Shown piece after piece: positions 1 through 16,267 of a DNA stretch of 64,000 nt. This DNA is from Chrysomallon squamiferum (Eukaryota; Animalia; Mollusca). The first letter of the stretch is position 1, and each line of letters begins with the position of its first letter. The notes under the pieces were generated by a model that worked only from the letters and a program-made list of their open reading frames with translations, did not search any database and was not told the DNA's origin. The stretch lies in contig CM022675.1 in assembly GCA_012295275.1 (NCBI GenBank), positions 7,874,001 to 7,938,000 on the forward strand. Direction: 5' to 3'. A program made the position numbers and the translations under genes.

Positions 1-65
1 ACAAATACTTAAAAAGTGTTAAAAATGCATAGTTAATCTGGAGGAATAATTCTTGTAATAGTGTC

Positions 66-98
<33 letters not shown>

Positions 99-149
99 CT
101 AACAAACAGAGCTAGCAATCGGCAAAGCAGCTCTTGGGAAAAAAAAAAA

Positions 150-210
<61 letters not shown>

Positions 211-276
211 TTAAAAATTCATCACAGAGTTTTTGCGTTGCAATTCAACGGTATTCATATGCTGGACGAAGTGACG

Positions 277-500
277 TCACGATCTCCATGGTAACCTCCT
301 TTGGGACAGCAAAGCGCCGCAGACGAGAAGCACGAACAAGCACAGTGGACTGGCACACAGTCTCGTGCTACTGTTACACAGGTTTTTCCCACACATACAC
401 AGGTATCCATTTCCGTTGCGCTCCGTTCGACAAACCCCGTCTATCATCGTCAGGTGGAAGTTGAGGTCGGAGGAGCACGTTCTCTGCATGTACAGAACTC
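277..500 (-). CDS. Ly6/uPAR (three-finger) quiver/sleepless-like protein, last coding exon
   Basis: Acceptor gtttcag at 501-502, phase 1. Encodes (G)VLYMQRTCSSDLNFHLTMIDGVCRTERNGNGYLCMCGKNLCNSSTRLCASPLCLFVLLVCGALLSQRRLPWRS*, stop TGA at 277-279. CxC...LCN terminal LU motif followed by a small-residue omega site and hydrophobic GPI-signal-like tail. Confidence 0.88.
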
Positions 501-1095
501 CTGAAACAATCGAAAATAAACAAAACAAACAAACAAACAAACAGGGTGAGCGTTTTTTGTTTTTTAGAAATAGTTTCTGCTTTCGCTTTCGCTCTCGGAT
601 TTCCCTGAACGAAAGCGAGGTAAAGAGAACGGGAGGGAGAAGATGGAAACACAGATAAGGAGAAAGAAGAGAAAGGATGATGAGGAATGAAAGATGAAGA
701 AGAAAAGTTTTTTTTAAATTTTTAAAAGGAACAACAACAACAACATTTCCTGTAATTATATGTTACTATAACGCATGTTTTTTTTTTTTTTTTTTTTTTT
801 TTTTCTTTAAAATCCGTTTATGTTTTTTTAAAATCCGTTTGTGTTTTTTTTTGATTGTTTCCAATTTTTATATATTTGTATTATGCATTTACAAGTTAAA
901 ATTAATTTCCCAGAAATCAAAACCAAACAAACAAGAACAAAACAAACATAGAGCAACAAAAAAATAAAATTATCATAACGTTATCTGAAATATCGTTTAT
1001 AATTCATACTTCAGTAAGGACAGTAATGAGTATATCACTTAAAGAGACTTTGGCTGGAACGGGATAAAATAAAGTAAAAAGAACGTAATACTGAC

Positions 1096-1236
1096 CTCCT
1101 CTGTAAAATGTCCATTTCAAGCAAATTCCTCTTCCACAGTCTTTCTTTATCAAGTCTGGGTTACTCTTCACTCCCACTGGGTCTGCGCACGTGCTGTTTA
1201 CCGCCTTTCCCTCGCACGTGTAACACGTGATGGGAT
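1096..1236 (-). CDS. Ly6/uPAR quiver/sleepless-like protein, middle coding exon
   Basis: Acceptor cttgcag (1237-1238), donor gtcag (1094-1095), 141 nt, phase 1-1. Encodes (D)PITCYTCEGKAVNSTCADPVGVKSNPDLIKKDCGRGICLKWTFYRG. ITCYTC is the canonical LU N-terminus; with the last exon this gives 10 domain cysteines. Not in the ORF track. Confidence 0.88.
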
Positions 1237-1543
1237 CTGCAAGTACAAGAAAAAAAATATAAACACGTGCAGTTGAATGTTTAATGTTTTTCGAAGCAAG
1301 AAACGAGAATTTACAAAACTTCCGTTAGAATTCGCGATGTGATTTTTATTTTGGGTAATAAATAAATAAATAAATAAATAATATCATGAAAAAAAAATAT
1401 ATAAATAAGCATTATTTATTTATTTATATATAATAAAGAGAGAAAGAAAGATAGATAGATAGATCTTTAAGACTGGATATAATAAGAAAAAGAGAAACAG
1501 AGGGAAGATAATGAGAAACACTGATAGAAATGCAGAAACATAA

Positions 1544-1681
<138 letters not shown>

Positions 1682-1928
1682 AAAACAATATGACTTTAGC
1701 TGAGATGATGAAAAACGCCAGTGTGTTTCAAAGATAGATCAGTCGTCTACGGTCGAGACTTCATCCAATTTGAAGGAAATGAAAAGGGCATTGATCCAGA
1801 CAAATAAAGTGACTGAGCCGAAAGTGCAGTCCGTCACAATATTAGCTTTGTAGATATTCAGCTGCACTCTCGTTTAAAACGTGACGACACGTCATTTTCT
1901 CTCGTTTTAGTTGCTCATTAGACTTCGT

Positions 1929-2003
<75 letters not shown>

Positions 2004-2116
2004 AAGAGAGAATAAGAGAGAGAGATTCAAAGACAGCGAGAGAGAGGAGAAAGACAGGAAAATAGAAAGAAAGAAAGAGAAATGGAGAGGGTGAGAAAAG
2101 TAGAAAGACAGAGCTT

Positions 2117-2204
<88 letters not shown>

Positions 2205-2964
2205 GGATGGCTCATTGTAATATGGCGACAGTCATATACAGATTCTAGTTACTAGAAATGCAGCATACAAAATATTCTATTTTATCATTATATTATTTTT
2301 ACGTTTTAAATATTATCTTTGAATTACTACTACTGTTGTTGCTGCTGCTAAAGCAGTAAAGTAATAGTAGCTGTAGTAGTAGTAGCAGCAGGAGTAGTAG
2401 TAATAGTAGTACTAGTAGTAGTAGTTGTTGTAATAATAGTAGTAGTAGCAGTAGCAGTAGTAGCGGTTGAAAAAGAAAAAAACAAAGACTAGATAAGCAA
2501 AGAAGAGAAAGTAAACAAACGATTAACAGCGAGCTTATCTGTTCTTTTCTTTTTTTTCTTTTTTTTTTTCTGTTTACTCAAGAATCTCAACAGATCAGCT
2601 GTTTGCGTAAAGCAGCATAGATTTCAATTACTAATCGATTATCTGGGAAAACTATTACGCGTTAAAGAATTGAAGCTTCTTTTTAACCCCCCTCCACTCT
2701 CCGTATTAGATCAACGAAACCAAATTTCAATCAATCGCCTAAGCTGCAGTTCTCAACGAACGTAGAAGGAAATTAAATAACGAAAACGAAATGCTGCAGA
2801 CACTAAGCAGCGTTATTTATTTTTTTATTAATTTGTTTTTTCGGGTTTTTTCTCGTTTATATTCTACTTGTTCCTTGCACGTGCATTATTTTGGTTGTTT
2901 TCTTATAGGCACGCGTCCTTCCAGGTGCATGAAAAATGTGATGCATTTGTCATTATTTCAAGAG

Positions 2965-3453
<489 letters not shown>

Positions 3454-4106
3454 CCTTCTTTCTACATTCCATTATATATACATATATAATATATAACATA
3501 TAAATGCGGAATATTATCGCCTCACAGAAACAATATCTCAGTAATATACGAAGCGTGTTACAAAGTGCAGCTCGCTATAATTTTAGCCCAACCACCTGTA
3601 TTTTAATATCCGCTGTTTTACTGCTTTTGTTAAATAACGCGCCAGCTTGGGAATTGTGTAATAAAGTGCGCAACAATAAACATTAACACAAATTTCTGTG
3701 TATTGGCAGCAAATTAACTACAATATTAAACACCGATTATTCTTTTTTTTAAATAACGTATTACTACTTCTACCATCTCTGCTCCTGCCTCTATTACAAT
3801 AACAACAACAGCTATTGATATTTCAACTACACTGCTGCTATTGTTACCATTATTACTACTATACAGCAAATGTTATTATAAGTGCTAACATTCATGCAAC
3901 AACAACAATAACTACTACTATTACTACTACTACTACTACTATTACTATTGCTACTAATAATAACAGCAACAAAAATAATGCAACTAATAATAATAATACA
4001 AGTTTTCAATGTATGTGAGCATTTTTCGACTGTGTGTTATTTTAAAACTACAATTTTAAATATTCCAACGTTTCTTCCCTTGCCTTTCACACACAAACAT
4101 ACACAA

Positions 4107-4156
<50 letters not shown>

Positions 4157-4901
4157 CACACACAATCACACTCACACACACACACACACACACACATTAT
4201 ACACACACAGAACACATAAAACAAACCCAATTTGCGCCTCATTTCCCCCACTCAAACACATTACAGAGATGTAGTCAATTTCCATACCGTATACTTTCAA
4301 ATAATGGAGGCGAACGAACGATAAAACACGTGATATTTGAAAATGAGGTCGAAATGAGCAAACAGTTACGGATAGTAATAGTTATCTGGCATTTGGAATC
4401 GCCCGATAAAAGACGGGACTCCAAACAAATTGAATATGATCAGGCGGAAAACATTTTCGCAGACAAATCAATCGGTTTGTCTAGCTGGTTAGCCTGACAA
4501 ATGTCCGTATTCCAGTTTGCTCGTTAGAAGCTTGATGGAAGAACGAAATTATGTAAGGCTAGGATTTCGAGCACTGCTGGTTATATTTGTTTAATGAAAA
4601 GCTTGAAATCTACTGGCGTAGAAAAGACCATTTTTCGTTACGTAATTGCGAAGTAATGTAGTTTGAAAATAACTAGTAATAGGAATTAAGGGGTTTTTTT
4701 TTTTCTTCTTATTATTTTTTTTTTTTATTGCTCGAAGGAATTCTGTCGGAAAATATGCATAAATTTCAACTTCGGCACTTCTTTTTTTTTTTTTTTTTTT
4801 TTTTTTAGTTTTAAAATTTAAAATTTGTATTTTGTTTTTTTTTTTTTTTTTTAAACACAAATATATAATTTTTTAAAAATATTTTATTTTTGTATTACTA
4901 C

Positions 4902-4953
4902 TATTAAGCGTTCCGTTAATTACAGTATCAGTGTTTATCTGTGACGTCATATC
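4902..4953 (+). repeat. 52-bp exact dispersed direct repeat, copy 1 (copy 2 at 6407-6458)
   Basis: TATTAAGCGTTCCGTTAATTACAGTATCAGTGTTTATCTGTGACGTCATATC is identical at both sites. Confidence 0.92.
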
Positions 4954-5892
4954 ACTACTACTACTACTACCAGTGCCACTACCAGACAATTACAACTACA
5001 ACCACTAACGCAACATTTGCTTAGATAAATTTTGCCACTGTAAGAATCATCTTCGTAACTCTGCAGTTTTATACAAAGGTGGTCAAATGTATCACGACCT
5101 TTCCAAATAAGGAATTAGTGACCTCCCACCGCGGCAGACGAACAATTGTTTTGATAAAATAAATACACGATTACGATGCACGTGCGCAACGCAGCTGCCT
5201 GAAATGGCACACTTTCCACCCACCAATTACTCGACAATTCACATAAAATAACTAAGTCCCGCTGGATCGATAATATTTTGGCGTAAAATGACAAATTAGA
5301 TTGTAGCTGAACATTTGTGACTATTCATCCGGGAGCTGGACCTGAAATTTTTCGGGTAACGAGTACACAATTGGCAACAACTGCAATTAACGGCACACGG
5401 ATGACGTAATATGACGTCACAGTTACAGTAAAACGACACGTCATCAAAGAATACGTGAAATGACGTCATAGTCAATGTGAATTGATTTAAAATGGGTAAA
5501 CGCTGCGAAACATATTAAAGTCAAATAAATTCTATAGAACGGTTCAAGCACGTTTGCTGTGGACGGAACCCGTGGCTCAGTTGGTGGCTATAGCCTTGAC
5601 AAGGATGTTTTCCCCGAGTCTGAAGGACAAATCTATAATGAACCTTTTCCCCTTCATTACAGTCGCTGTTGCCTTCTTTTATTACGCAGATATCTGTCTT
5701 TGTCGAAGAAATCAATATTTTTATACCACGTCAATTTTTATCTCTATTAAGAAATGAAGTGTAGCTCGTAAACTCATTAATATTCATCAAAATGGGAATA
5801 CGCTTAGCATAGCGTTACCATAATCTGTATTCTAAATAGTAATGATAAACCAATTTTTTTATCGATTCTGGCGTCTGTCTGTCTGTCTGTCA

Positions 5893-5962
<70 letters not shown>

Positions 5963-6042
5963 TTATTTATCTATCTATATTTCTGTCTAACTGTCTGTCT
6001 GTCTGTCAGAGTCTCTGTCTTGCAGTCCATTTTTGTCTGTAC

Positions 6043-6134
<92 letters not shown>

Positions 6135-6614
6135 CCCCCCCCTCCCCTCCTCCCTCCCCCCTCTCTCTACCTCTCCCACCACCTTCTTCCCACCTCCACC
6201 AAAATCTACATCCATCTTCTAATTCCTGTTATTCAAACCTGAAACTCTGGAAGCAATTTGCAACGGCAGTATCGACAACGGTTCGAGCCGGCCAGATACT
6301 ACAATATCTGACTGCGAGGCCGCTATGAATGGGAAGGCCGCGTGCTGTTATTGATTGTGTGAGTAAGAGAAATATGAAGAATGCTGACCGCTCACCCGTT
6401 GGTCGATATTAAGCGTTCCGTTAATTACAGTATCAGTGTTTATCTGTGACGTCATATCGTTGACGATATGTCAGATGGCCGGATCGCATTGTCAAGTGGA
6501 ACTGACACGTAAAGTCATCTGTTTGTGAGAACATTTGTGGCGATGTCGCTTTTATGAATAATGATTATATTTGTATATTCGTTCATGCGTGTGTACGTAC
6601 GTATTGTAATGCAT

Positions 6615-6707
<93 letters not shown>

Positions 6708-7304
6708 CGAGAGCGAGAGAGAGAGAGAGAGACTAATAATTACGATTAATAATTATAACAGCATTTGGTAGGATGATCCTAAAACGTCAACAACGTGAAT
6801 AATTGCTGCATTAACAACTACAACAACAATAACATATCAATTTATTCCTTCATTTTCTAACTTTATCGTTCATCCACATAATCATTTTCCTTCTTTTTCT
6901 TTCCTTTTTTTTTTCCTTTTTTTTTAAATTTCTTTTTTTACACTCTCTGCGCCTGACTTTTCAAGCGTTCTCCACAATCAAACGGAGATTGCGAAATTCT
7001 TGGCATGCGTCCTGATTACCCATTGACGTCATCGCGCGTGCTTTCCCATGGAACGAGATAACGGTATTTGCCAGCGAGTGACGAGCTGGTTCAACCTCCG
7101 AACGAAGAACGGGAGAGAGAAGAGGAGAGAGAAGAGAATTATACATCTTCTATTGATTACTTGTTTACCACGCGAACTGGTCGCTGCTGCATCAGATGAT
7201 GAAGCTGTACGAGTATAAATTATTGCCCTTTTAATATAGCTGCTGTTGTTGTCGTTGATGTTGTCGGTGCCAGATATAACAATTTCCACATTTATATTTT
7301 TCTT

Positions 7305-7409
<105 letters not shown>

Positions 7410-8148
7410 TCTCTCTTTAACAACATAATACCCATACAGAGATATATACGTCATCAATTTTGATTATCTACTCCTAAAACGCTACCCGGAATACCACATC
7501 ATATCACAAAAAGGTTCCCTTGAGCGGAATCGATCCTCAAATGGTTCGTTCCTCTCAAAGAGTTCCACTTATTGAAAACAGAAGCACTTTACCAAAAAGT
7601 AACCGTTTACCGAAACCGTCATACGTCATTTTAAAGAGATAACTATTAACTGTGACGTCTCAGGAATTCCTGGGAGATGAACCATTACACGTGACCATTA
7701 CGTGTCACAAGTCATTACGTGTCAAAGGTCAAAGTGATATGTGCAAATCCACAGGGATTCGAATATAAGCGATAACTGACTCGTTTGATCTAAGCGAAAT
7801 ACACTTGGTGTATAAAAGATTTTAATAACAATGGCAGGTTCGTTATTACTTACTAATTTTCGTTTACCACCAGTTGAACGTTATCAAAATAGGCCTACAG
7901 TCTATATAATATATAGATATAGATTTATATTGACATATATTTACATACAATCATCATCAATATCCTTATTGTTATTGCTATTATTATTATTATTATTAAG
8001 ATTACTATTATTATCATCATCATCATCGTCATCATTATTATTATTATTATTATTATTACTATTATTATTAATATAATAAATATTATTATTATTATTATTA
8101 TTATTATTATGTCCCAACATTAAAAATACTACTATTAATAAAATTGTG

Positions 8149-8181
<33 letters not shown>

Positions 8182-8755
8182 ATAGTAGTAAAGGCAGCAG
8201 CAACAACAGTAGTGGTATTAATAAGAACCGTATTTGTAAAAATAGTATAAAAAATAAGAACATTTGAGCTGATAATAAAAGCCGAATTACAAATAGATTT
8301 TCTCTTTATTGTTTCTTTATTCTTGTGTTCGATCTTCTTTTTAATATTCTGTTACATTATATTTTCTCTTTTATTTTAATTTTATTATTATTATTATTAT
8401 TTTATATTATTATTTTGCTTTTCATTATTTATTACTTTATTTTTTATGTTTTGTTGTTCATTTTCAATTAAGGAAGCAGAAAATGGAGCGCCTATCACTT
8501 AGATGTGTATATCAGTCGACAGCCCTGGGAAATAAGTTTCAATACGAGTCCCAGGTCACTTGTTTCCTCAACACTAATCTTGTGGCAGACGAAATAAAAA
8601 CCCGCGAGAAAACACGAGAATCTTTGCCGAGACTGACGTTAATGGTTTTCGTCGCAAATAAAAACAAAAATCGACTTTAAAAAAATGATAAATATTATTA
8701 AATAAATAAATAAATAAATAAATAAACAAATAATAATAATAACAATAACAATAAC

Positions 8756-8796
<41 letters not shown>

Positions 8797-8851
8797 CAAT
8801 AAATAAATCAATCAATAAACGAATAAAAATTAAATAAAAATTTAAAAAATA

Positions 8852-8886
<35 letters not shown>

Positions 8887-10016
8887 CAAGAAGAAGAAGA
8901 AGAAGAAGAAGAAACAAACGAAAATAAATAAACAAAATGGCGGCTCTCGCTCCTTAGCCTCGATTGCTCACTCATCTGCAGAGTCTCGTTGACATTAATT
9001 GTTTTTCTCGTCGACGAGCGCGTTCGATTGCCAGGACGATGATTTCCCCGGAGTATTCGAAAGCCAGCACGCGCTCTCCAATATCTGGCGATTATTGACG
9101 ACCAGAATTGGTTATTTTTCTCACCAACCAACACATGGACTTCCTAATTAACTTAATTTCTGCGAGTTACAGGTGTCCAGACGGTAGGGTAATGTGCTGC
9201 GTTACTGCTCAGAACGGTGTTGGACAAATTTGCTGTGTCGTCGACAATCGAAGAGAACGAGATAACATATTATTGACCTTTTCTGAGCAGTGACCTATGA
9301 ATTATACAGAGAAGGAAACGAGGAACACAAGGGGGGAGGGGAGATAGAGAGAGAGAGAGAGAGAGAGGGGGGAGAGAGAAACATACAAGTAGTGACTGTA
9401 TTAAAATTAAAGAAATAAAATAAATTAATTATAAATATTTAGCCTGTTCTCAAAAACTCATTCTCGGTTACTCTCATATCTGTCTCTCACTGTCTCTCAC
9501 TGTCTCTCGCTGTCTCTCACTCTCGCACTCCGTCTCTTTAACACATACACACATTTCATCTCTCTCATTTTCACCCTTACTTATTATATTCTCATTATAT
9601 TGATTCTTTTCTCTCTTCATCCGGATTTGATTTAATTAATTATATTTATTTATAAACTTTTTTTTCTTTTTTTTCTTTTCCTAAGTCTACCGCTTTGCTT
9701 TATCGGAGGACTACCAATGATTGAAATGGATTTTCCATTTCTTAATAACTAGCAATTTTGTGTGCATCATTAACTTACAATTATCCTAAGGAAACCCACA
9801 AACGAATTTCTCCGCCTGAACCTCTAAGCAAACGCTTATTTCACCATTAGGCATAGACAATTTAATACAGATGTATGAACATATATAGACAATTTAATAC
9901 AGATGTATGATCATACACTTTATCGTGGAACGAAGTTAACTTGAAGTTTTATTAAATCGAGTAGTATGTTTCTAATATGTATCAAAATTAAAAGATAAAG
10001 GGGAGAGAGAGAGAGA

Positions 10017-10111
<95 letters not shown>

Positions 10112-10497
10112 GTAGGGAGAAAGAGATAGACGATTGATACTGACAGTGAGTGAGAAAGAAAGCGAATGAGACAGCTTAGGAAATAAAATATAAAATGCAT
10201 GAGAGTTACTTTATCTCACTACTAGACAACATCATTGTCATTCAGATGTTTATGATCACATATCTGTTACCATGGATGAGCTCTACGAATGAAAGTCACG
10301 CGATAAAACAGAACTATAAAATGGAGATTGGCAGCAGTATTTATCTTCAAGACTTACCACGCAATAGAAGATTTTTACTTGTTTATCAGTTAATGAAGAA
10401 ATTCCATTTCTCGTCATAAGAATTTATTATTGTATGTCACGAGTTTGTAACTATTGATGTCTTTATTTACAGGAGCTATCCGTCAAATTGTCTGCCA

Positions 10498-10623
<126 letters not shown>

Positions 10624-10949
10624 TTAAAACATTGGCTTGAAGGCTTGCGGTCGTTGTAAAAATAGTCCTTTATATTTTATTTATTTTATTAATTATTTAC
10701 TTAGCTGAAGAAAAATAAATACATGAGAGTCGTTAGCTGCTAAAGAGATTTTTTTTTTTTTCACTGAAAAATACGAGTGTTAATTAATGTGTTTAAGAAC
10801 AGCAGCTATAAAAACAAACGGAACAGAAGAACAACAAATAAATAAAAAAAAAAATAAATAAATAAAATACCAAATTTATATTCGTTACATAAAAAAAAAA
10901 AAAAAAAAAAGAAGAGGAAAATTATATAATACATAACTCATATTAACGT

Positions 10950-11023
<74 letters not shown>

Positions 11024-11962
11024 AATAGTAGTAGTAGTAACAGTAATAGTGGTAGTAATAATAACAACAATAATTAAAATAGCAATAATAATAATAATAA
11101 CAACAATAATAATATAATAATAATAATAATAATAATATAATAATAATAATCATAAACCAATAAGAAAAATAACAATAATAAAAACAATAACAATAACCAT
11201 AATAACAGAAATAATAACAATAACAATAATAATAATAATTAATACGATGAATAACACAAGTAACAATAATAATCTTAAAATTTCTATTCTTTCTTTTTTC
11301 TCTTTTATTTTTTTTCGTGTTTCTTCTTTCTTAATTTAAATTTACTTGCATTAATATATTTAACTCTTTTTATTCAAGCATACAGGTGTAATAATTTGAC
11401 CACAGTTAGAATGTTAATTAGATTCATGTGTTATAATGGACGCTCATTTAATTGTATTAGATTTAAATAATAATTAATCTAAGATTAATTTTTCAAATAC
11501 GTCAGAAAAAAAGAATTTGCATAAAAGCAAAACAAACCAGGAGAAAACCCAAAACACAGCAAATCCACACCTCTAATATATTGGTAATAGTGATGATAAT
11601 GATGATGATGATGATGATGAAGATGAAAGTAATAATATTAACAATAGTAATAATAATAATAATTATAATGATGATGAAGATGATGATGATAATGAATATA
11701 AAAAGACAAATATCATTTTAATAATTTCAATAACAATAACAATAACAATAATAATAATATTAATAATAATGATATTGTTGTTTGTACGATCTCTACGTTT
11801 TCGATATACTTCTGGCATTTATAAAATATTATCAATTGCTAGAATCATATATAACTCGCGGTATGCGAAAATCATCAGAAGAAACTATAATAAAACATCC
11901 AAAAAACGATTATCTTTAATGCTCAGCATGTATGTAGCAATAAAATTAATGATTTTACATTA

Positions 11963-12130
11963 ACTTCGCCGATTATCGAACGATTATCAGCGTAATAAAG
12001 TTAATTACCTACTTGGCCGATTATCGGCCGATTATCAGCGATGTAAAGTTAATTATCTACTTGGCCGATTATCGACCGATTATCAGCGTTGTAAAGTTAA
12101 TTAATTATCGACTTCGACGATTATCGATAA
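11963..12130. repeat. 48-bp minisatellite, ~3.4 copies
   Basis: Unit ACTTGGCCGATTATCGGCCGATTATCAGCGATGTAAAGTTAATTATCT starts at ~11963, 12011 and 12059, with a partial copy at 12111. Confidence 0.85.
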
Positions 12131-12505
12131 TTAGTACGTTGAGATCATCTCCTTTTTGTCGTATGTATCAAATATTACTTATCGATTAATTATGCAGTCT
12201 GTAGATTATCACTTATCTACGTATTACAATAACTGATTATAAATCGATAATATACAATGGATTATCGCTCCATAATTTCTTCATGAAATAACAAGTGATC
12301 TGATGAACTGAACATTTTAATGTAAGCTTGTAAGCGGTATGCACAGACAGTATTAAGTGAACGTTTTTTTTTTTTTAATATGATTTAGTGACGTCACAAC
12401 ACCACGTGACATGTGATACGAAAAGCACCGCTACAGAACAACTAACGTTAGTCGCAAGTGTGAAGGCAGCTGTGTCACGTGATTAGACAGCCAGATAATA
12501 TTTTG

Positions 12506-12550
<45 letters not shown>

Positions 12551-13638
12551 AATAAATAAATAAATAAAAAATAAAAGAGGAGAAAGAAAGAAAGCGATAA
12601 ACAAAGAAGATGTATTAATAATAATAATTTTAAAAAAAGTATAGAAAACGCGTTAACATGTAATAATAAATAAATATAAGCTTTAGTTTTAAATATTATT
12701 AACACTGACGTTTCTGATATGTATTATCTACTCAGATACTTTCAGTGTGCTCATAAACTAACGAAATGTCCTATTTAAACAGACAAACCGATATAATTTT
12801 AGGATTTGTTTTCTGAACTCTTTCAAGTTGGGGAGTGCAAAAGATAAAGATTAGGGAAAAGGATAAGAGGAAGAGAGCGAAATGGCGATTAAAAGAAATA
12901 GCAAAAAAATTGTTTCTAATAATAATAATAATAACTGCTTCAAATTTCATCCTTGTCCCAAAAATATTAGCTACATGCAAAGTTAAAGGACTAAAAAAGA
13001 AAAAAAGAAAAAAAAAAAGAGTAAAATTTCACACAACCACGCCAAATCTCGTGAAATCTCGTGCCATGCAGGATTCGCAGAAAAGGCCTGCGTACTACTC
13101 TTTCTTTTTCGTAATTTTTTTTTTTTTTTTTTTTTTTTTTTTCTCTCTCTCTAGTGACCTTGGACTTTGGAACATGCAAGGTGATGACGTAAAAACTGTG
13201 TTAATGACGTGCTTTTGTCAGTGCTACTTGTAAACTTCTACAGAGCTTCAGAAAAAAACAAACTCACCGGGAATGTCGACCGTTGAAACCACTCGAATCT
13301 GGACGTTTTCAACTAATCAAAAGAAACACAGATGCATAATTTAAATGTGTGCCATTTTCGTTATTTGATTTTGAACAGACGTCCTTTTCTTTTCTTTATT
13401 TTCTTTTTCTTTTTCTTTCTTTTTTTTTTTGCACACTTGTAACTTGTATTGCCATTTAAAATACTAGTAATTAATTATTTTCATAAATTTTCATTTTTCG
13501 TATTTTTTGTTTTATTATTAAAAATATTATTATTATTATTATAATTATTATTATTATTATTATTTAAGTATCTGGCCAGTGCGATTTCATTTATAAACTT
13601 CCTTAAATTACAAAGATGGCATCTTAATTAATACATTA

Positions 13639-13688
<50 letters not shown>

Positions 13689-14201
13689 CATAGTCAAACA
13701 GCAATTTAAAAAGAAAAAAGCATTAAAAAATTCAATAAATAAATAAATAAATAAACTAAAACAATAAATAAGCAAAACAAAACCAAAAAATAAATAAAAA
13801 AGTATTCAAATATTGACATTATTTCAAATTTTACACGGTTAAAATGTAAATAGTTAATGCAAAAAAATTACATTTTTCGCAAGCCAAATTTTTTATTCTA
13901 AATAACATAAATTTAAATATACAGATTTCATTATTTCTTATCGTTGTTATTTCACATGCGATTTCAAGTAACACAAATTGAAAACTAAATGTTATTAATA
14001 AGCTATTAGAACATGCACTGCCAAATCTGAAGCAGCTGAGAAGAAACACGATGTTAACACAGCGGTTATTCTTTTTTGTTCAGTTTATAAATGATATTTT
14101 GGAAATAAGCTTTTTGTTATCATTGCTGGTATTGCCATTGTTTCTTATTCTATCTTTTTGTTCTTAGTTTTTTTTTTTTATTATATATTAATATTAAATT
14201 A

Positions 14202-14255
<54 letters not shown>

Positions 14256-14822
14256 ATATTTAATTGCTATTATTTTTTTTCACTGTTTGTTTCTGTTATT
14301 GTTGTTATTGTTATTGTTGTTGTTATTGTTATTGTTACTATTATTACTATTGTTATTACTATTTTGTTGTTGTTATTTTTATTATAATTGTTATTGATTT
14401 ATTTATTAATTATCATTATTATTATTATTATTATTATTGTTGTTGTTATTATTATTATTATTGCTATTATTGTTGTTATTATTATTATTATTATTATTAT
14501 TACATTCCTTATTATTATTATGTTTTTTTGCTTCTCTCATAAATTCACTGATTTGTTTACAAAAGCCAAATTTTGTCTATCAATATCTCCTCTAAAATCT
14601 GTTTTTTTTTGTGTGTGTCTCTGTGTGTGCTTGGTATTCACTAATGTGTCTATTTTGTCATATTACGTGTGTATGCGTGTGTGCGTGTGTATGTGCGTGC
14701 ATGTACGTATCTCAATCTATTTATCTGATCAAACGCGTGTGTATGTTTTTATTTATGCATATATTTGAGCACACACTAGATTTCGTCACAGATTGTGATG
14801 TAAATACGTACACATGTACGCG

Positions 14823-14859
<37 letters not shown>

Positions 14860-15333
14860 CAATTTTTTCCAGACTTCGTTCCGTGATTAACGCAACTGTG
14901 CATTCCTCTGCACACACATTATTCTCACGTGTATTTTTCAGCGACGAAGAATCCATTGTCAGTATTCACCGAAACGTTATAATCAGCAGGAAAATGTTAT
15001 TGTTGTCGTATGCTGTGAATGTCACACGTGTTGCCTCCTACGACGTGGGCGACATCGTTGTTGTCCTAAATTCATCTCCACTTAACTGTGCGGTTGCCGT
15101 TTAATCATCATCAGCGAGCGATTACTGACATAATACGTATTATTTCATGACAAAGCAATCGATAATAATGTGCATTGTCCTTTCGTCTCTGAAATGGTGT
15201 GCGCGCGCGTAGAATCTGTTCTAGTGCATGCGTTATTATTATTATTATTAATACATGCAGCTTTCTAGTTTAAAAAAAGAGAAAAGTATATATGTTTGTA
15301 GCTTGATCGTTTGTTTGTGGGAGAGAGAGACAG

Positions 15334-15435
<102 letters not shown>

Positions 15436-15472
15436 TAAACAGAGAAACAGAAAGTGACAGAGATATAGATAG

Positions 15473-15504
<32 letters not shown>

Positions 15505-15599
15505 GGAGTGAGAGAGAGAGAGAATAAACAGAGAAACAGAACGTGAGAGAGACTTAGACAGAGAGAGAGACAGAAAGAGAGAGAGAGCGAGAGAGAGAG

Positions 15600-15656
<57 letters not shown>

Positions 15657-15670
15657 TGTAGATAGATAGT

Positions 15671-15748
<78 letters not shown>

Positions 15749-16234
15749 CAGGAAGAGAGATACAGACGGAGATACAGACAGAGATACAGACAGTCAGACA
15801 TGTCTCTCGAACAAGCGCGCATTCAGCAAAAAATTTACCAACAATCGAATGTTCGAGTAGCCAGAGACCAACTCTTAACAGTTTTACCAATTCTTTCGAA
15901 AACAAGAAGAAGAAGAAAAAAAACACAGACCCCCCAGCTCAGCTCACCCACCCCCAACCACCCCCCCCCCCACTACCACCCCCACCGCGATAAAGCTCCG
16001 CGGAGAATATGCAGGAGGCGGTAATAAAGTGAAATTAACTGATAACGACATTTCAATTCTGTATCCAGTTTCAATCCAGAGTGCTTATTTTTATTTTTTA
16101 TTTTATTTTTATTATTTTTTTTATTTATCAAATGAAGGTTATCTTAGCAAGGACGTGAAACTTAATGTCACTGGGACAGACCACGTGGTAAACCGTTATT
16201 ATCTGAATTATGGAGCGATCAGTGAGGGGGTGGG

Positions 16235-16267
<33 letters not shown>

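Noticed and set aside
5565-5630. tRNA A-box-like TGGCTCAGTTGGT
   Set aside because: No B-box or cloverleaf downstream, so not a tRNA. Isolated B-box-like motifs near 7525 and 54250 likewise lack a full structure and are at most eroded SINE pieces.
8935-9300. GC-richer block with short ORFs on both strands as a nested gene or signal exon
   Set aside because: No signal peptide, recognisable domain or consistent splice sites. More likely a regulatory island.
11963-12130. Regularly spaced repeats as a possible CRISPR array
   Set aside because: Units are contiguous with no unique spacers, the context is eukaryotic and there are no cas genes.
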